Assembly (NCBI GenBank): GCA_051453625.1
Contig: JBOZIK010000001.1
Location: 39,100,452-39,137,547 of the forward strand
Length of the DNA: 37,096 bases
Reading direction: 5' to 3'
From: Welwitschia mirabilis
Lineage: Eukaryota
Notes under the pieces: model-generated
The model's database searches: none
What the model was told of the DNA's origin: nothing
What the model saw: only the letters and a program-made list of their open reading frames with translations
Shown here: positions 35,381-37,096 of the stretch, one piece after another
Numbering within the stretch: the stretch's first letter is position 1
Layout: every line of letters begins with the position of its first letter
Made by a program: the position numbers and the translations under genes

Positions 35381-36245
35381 TACTAGATAGACCTTTCACT
35401 TTTATTAAGTCATCCTAGCTTTAGCAAGAATAACCTAAAGCTTAGAATTAAAAGAATTATTAGGAAGTTCATTATTTAAATCTCAATAGATTAAAATGGA
35501 AGTCTAGATTATGAATCTACATTTTTTTTTCATATAATGAGCATAACTTTAAACATTGCATAAGATGTGATTCCACTAAAAGGTCTAAGTTTTTCATTTC
35601 ATAATTCATTAAGAATTTTTTATCNNNNNNNNNNNNNNNNNNNNNNNNNNNNNNNNNNNNNNNNNNNNNNNNNNNNNNNNNNNNNNNNNNNNNNNNNNNN
35701 NNNNNNNNNNNNNNNNNNNNNNNNCACTAAAAGGTCTAAGTTTTTCATTTCATAATTCATTGAGAATTTTTTATCTACTAGGTCATTTATCCCATCTTCT
35801 GTTAAGTCAAAATGAAGAAAATTAGCATTATGAAGGTGAACATGCAAATGTACTAGACCTTTTCACTTTTATTAAGTCATCCTAGCTTTAGCAAGAATAA
35901 CAACTTTAAACACTTAAGATATGATTCCACTAATCAAAACATTCTATTAAAAAAACCATATATGGCTAAAAGGTCTAAGTCTTTCATTTCATAATTCATT
36001 AAGAATTTTTTATCTACTAGGTCATTTATCCCATATTATGTTAAGTCAAATTGAAGAAAATTAGCATTATGAAGGTGAACATGCAAATTTACTAGACCTT
36101 TTCACTTTTATTAAGTCATCCTAGCTTTAACAAGAATAACCTAAAGCTTAGAATTAAAAGGATTATTAGGAATTTAATTATTTAAATCTCAAAGTTCTTA
36201 CGTAATAGATTGAAATGGAAGTCCAAATTATCAATCTACATTTGT
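35381..36245. repeat. Complex tandem duplication (~240-bp core, 3 partial copies) inside the minus-strand LINE
   Basis: tagacc(t)tttcacttttattaagtcatcctagctttagcaagaataac occurs at ~35388, ~35854 and ~36093. ctaaaaggtctaagt...catttcataattcatt occurs at ~35576, ~35727 and ~35966. Confidence 0.8.
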
Positions 36246-37096
36246 TTTTCATGTGTCTTTGACTTTCTTTGGTACCAAAAATTCTAAGCACTTCAACATC
36301 ATTATCAAAAATAATATGCTTAATATACATATGTAGTGAAAGATGACATAGAAAAATAATAATTTGAATGGAAATAAATCATAAAGCAAAATTAATATAA
36401 AAATTCTTAAATGAGGTTCATTTTTATTAGCTTTAATATGAAGTAAAGATATTAATATGATGATTTTGGATTCAAAAGATTTTTAAATGGATTTCTATCC
36501 TTTTGATGTTCAAAAAAAGAAAATAGATAACATGGTAACCGTATAACGTATGACGATGGGGGATCGTAACNNNNNNNNNNNNNNNNNNNNNNNNNNNNNN
36601 NNNNNNNNNNNNNNNNNNNNNNNNNNNNNNNNNNNNNNNNNNNNNNNNNNNNNNNNNNNNNNNNNNNNNNNNNNNNNNNNNNNNNNNNNNNNNNNNNNNN
36701 NNNNNNNNNNNTAGTCCAACAATGCAATATCCAATAAACAAATACGAAAGTAAGCTTGCAATCTCAAGAATGATGCAACAAAGTAGAATCCCTTAGCAGT
36801 TGCCTCATGTTGTGTCATTTCATATTCTTGATTCTTATCACCTTATGCATGTTCTACCACTTTAAATAGGGTCCTTACTTCCTCAAGTCTATTTTATTTT
36901 CCAAATATAGATTTTACAAGTTAGTGTGATTTCCTTTATTGATTAGAGAAGAGATTTTATACTAAAGACATATAAGGTAACCATTTCCATAAGTAGTAGT
37001 GAACTGTTGCATTTGGCTCAAATACTTTTCCTTCATTTTTTTTTTCATTTCTTCATTATTTTTGCCCATTCCTTTGAGAGACAAATATCCCTCTAA

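Larger units (their letters stand above)
33760..36500 (-). mobile_element. Second, more decayed LINE ORF2 remnant (linker + RT)
   Basis: Minus strand: HDNSK*FF, NEKEPSFNGFLVNFHKEN*D (KxPGxDGF), NKGNI..LLPK, LNVTYNI, FIKIDYAKPYNEVK*DF (KxDFxKAYDxVxWxF), HPYLFII, FGNDS (FADD), LRSFMW...KVT*NIMNVPKEK*GLG. The upstream limit is approximate. Confidence 0.8.

Noticed and set aside
35725-36060. Minus-strand 'INDL..KKFSMNYEMKDLD' resembling Ty1/Copia RT 'FEMKDLG'
   Set aside because: No YVDD or other Copia motifs nearby. The region lies within the collinear minus-strand LINE ORF2 remnant, so this is probably coincidence.
3205-36245. CRISPR-like interpretation of the short direct repeats
   Set aside because: Only 2-3 copies each, no regular unique spacers, no cas genes, and a eukaryotic retroelement context.
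36531-36570. CG-rich 40-mer (gtaaccgtataacgtatgacgatggggatcgtaac)
   Set aside because: Too short and truncated by a gap to classify.

Overview
AT-rich, gap-ridden (short-read-style scaffold) land-plant nuclear DNA with no intact host gene. It is a nest of decayed retroelements, with heavy C>T/G>A erosion (many TGG/CAG codons turned to TAG/TGA). Left to right: (1) small gene/TE scraps, including a cytochrome P450 fragment; (2) two nested Athila-like Ty3/Gypsy remnants on the minus strand, one with an internally inverted integrase segment; (3) two old collinear ~3-kb repeat blocks carrying an unidentified decayed coding exon; (4) a plus-strand L1-type LINE bounded by a 15-bp target-site duplication and a poly(A) tail (17471-33617), interrupted by a non-autonomous Athila-like LTR element and missing its RT core; (5) a second, minus-strand LINE ORF2 remnant. 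The most striking observation is that the plus-strand LINE carries, between the ORF2 zf-RVT end and its 3'UTR/poly(A), a decayed ~390-codon third ORF that ends in a DnaJ/Hsp40 J-domain. Two CpG-rich islands with hairpins look like young filler or organelle-type insertions. All protein calls come from manual translation and motif recognition; no searches were run and identities are by-eye estimates.
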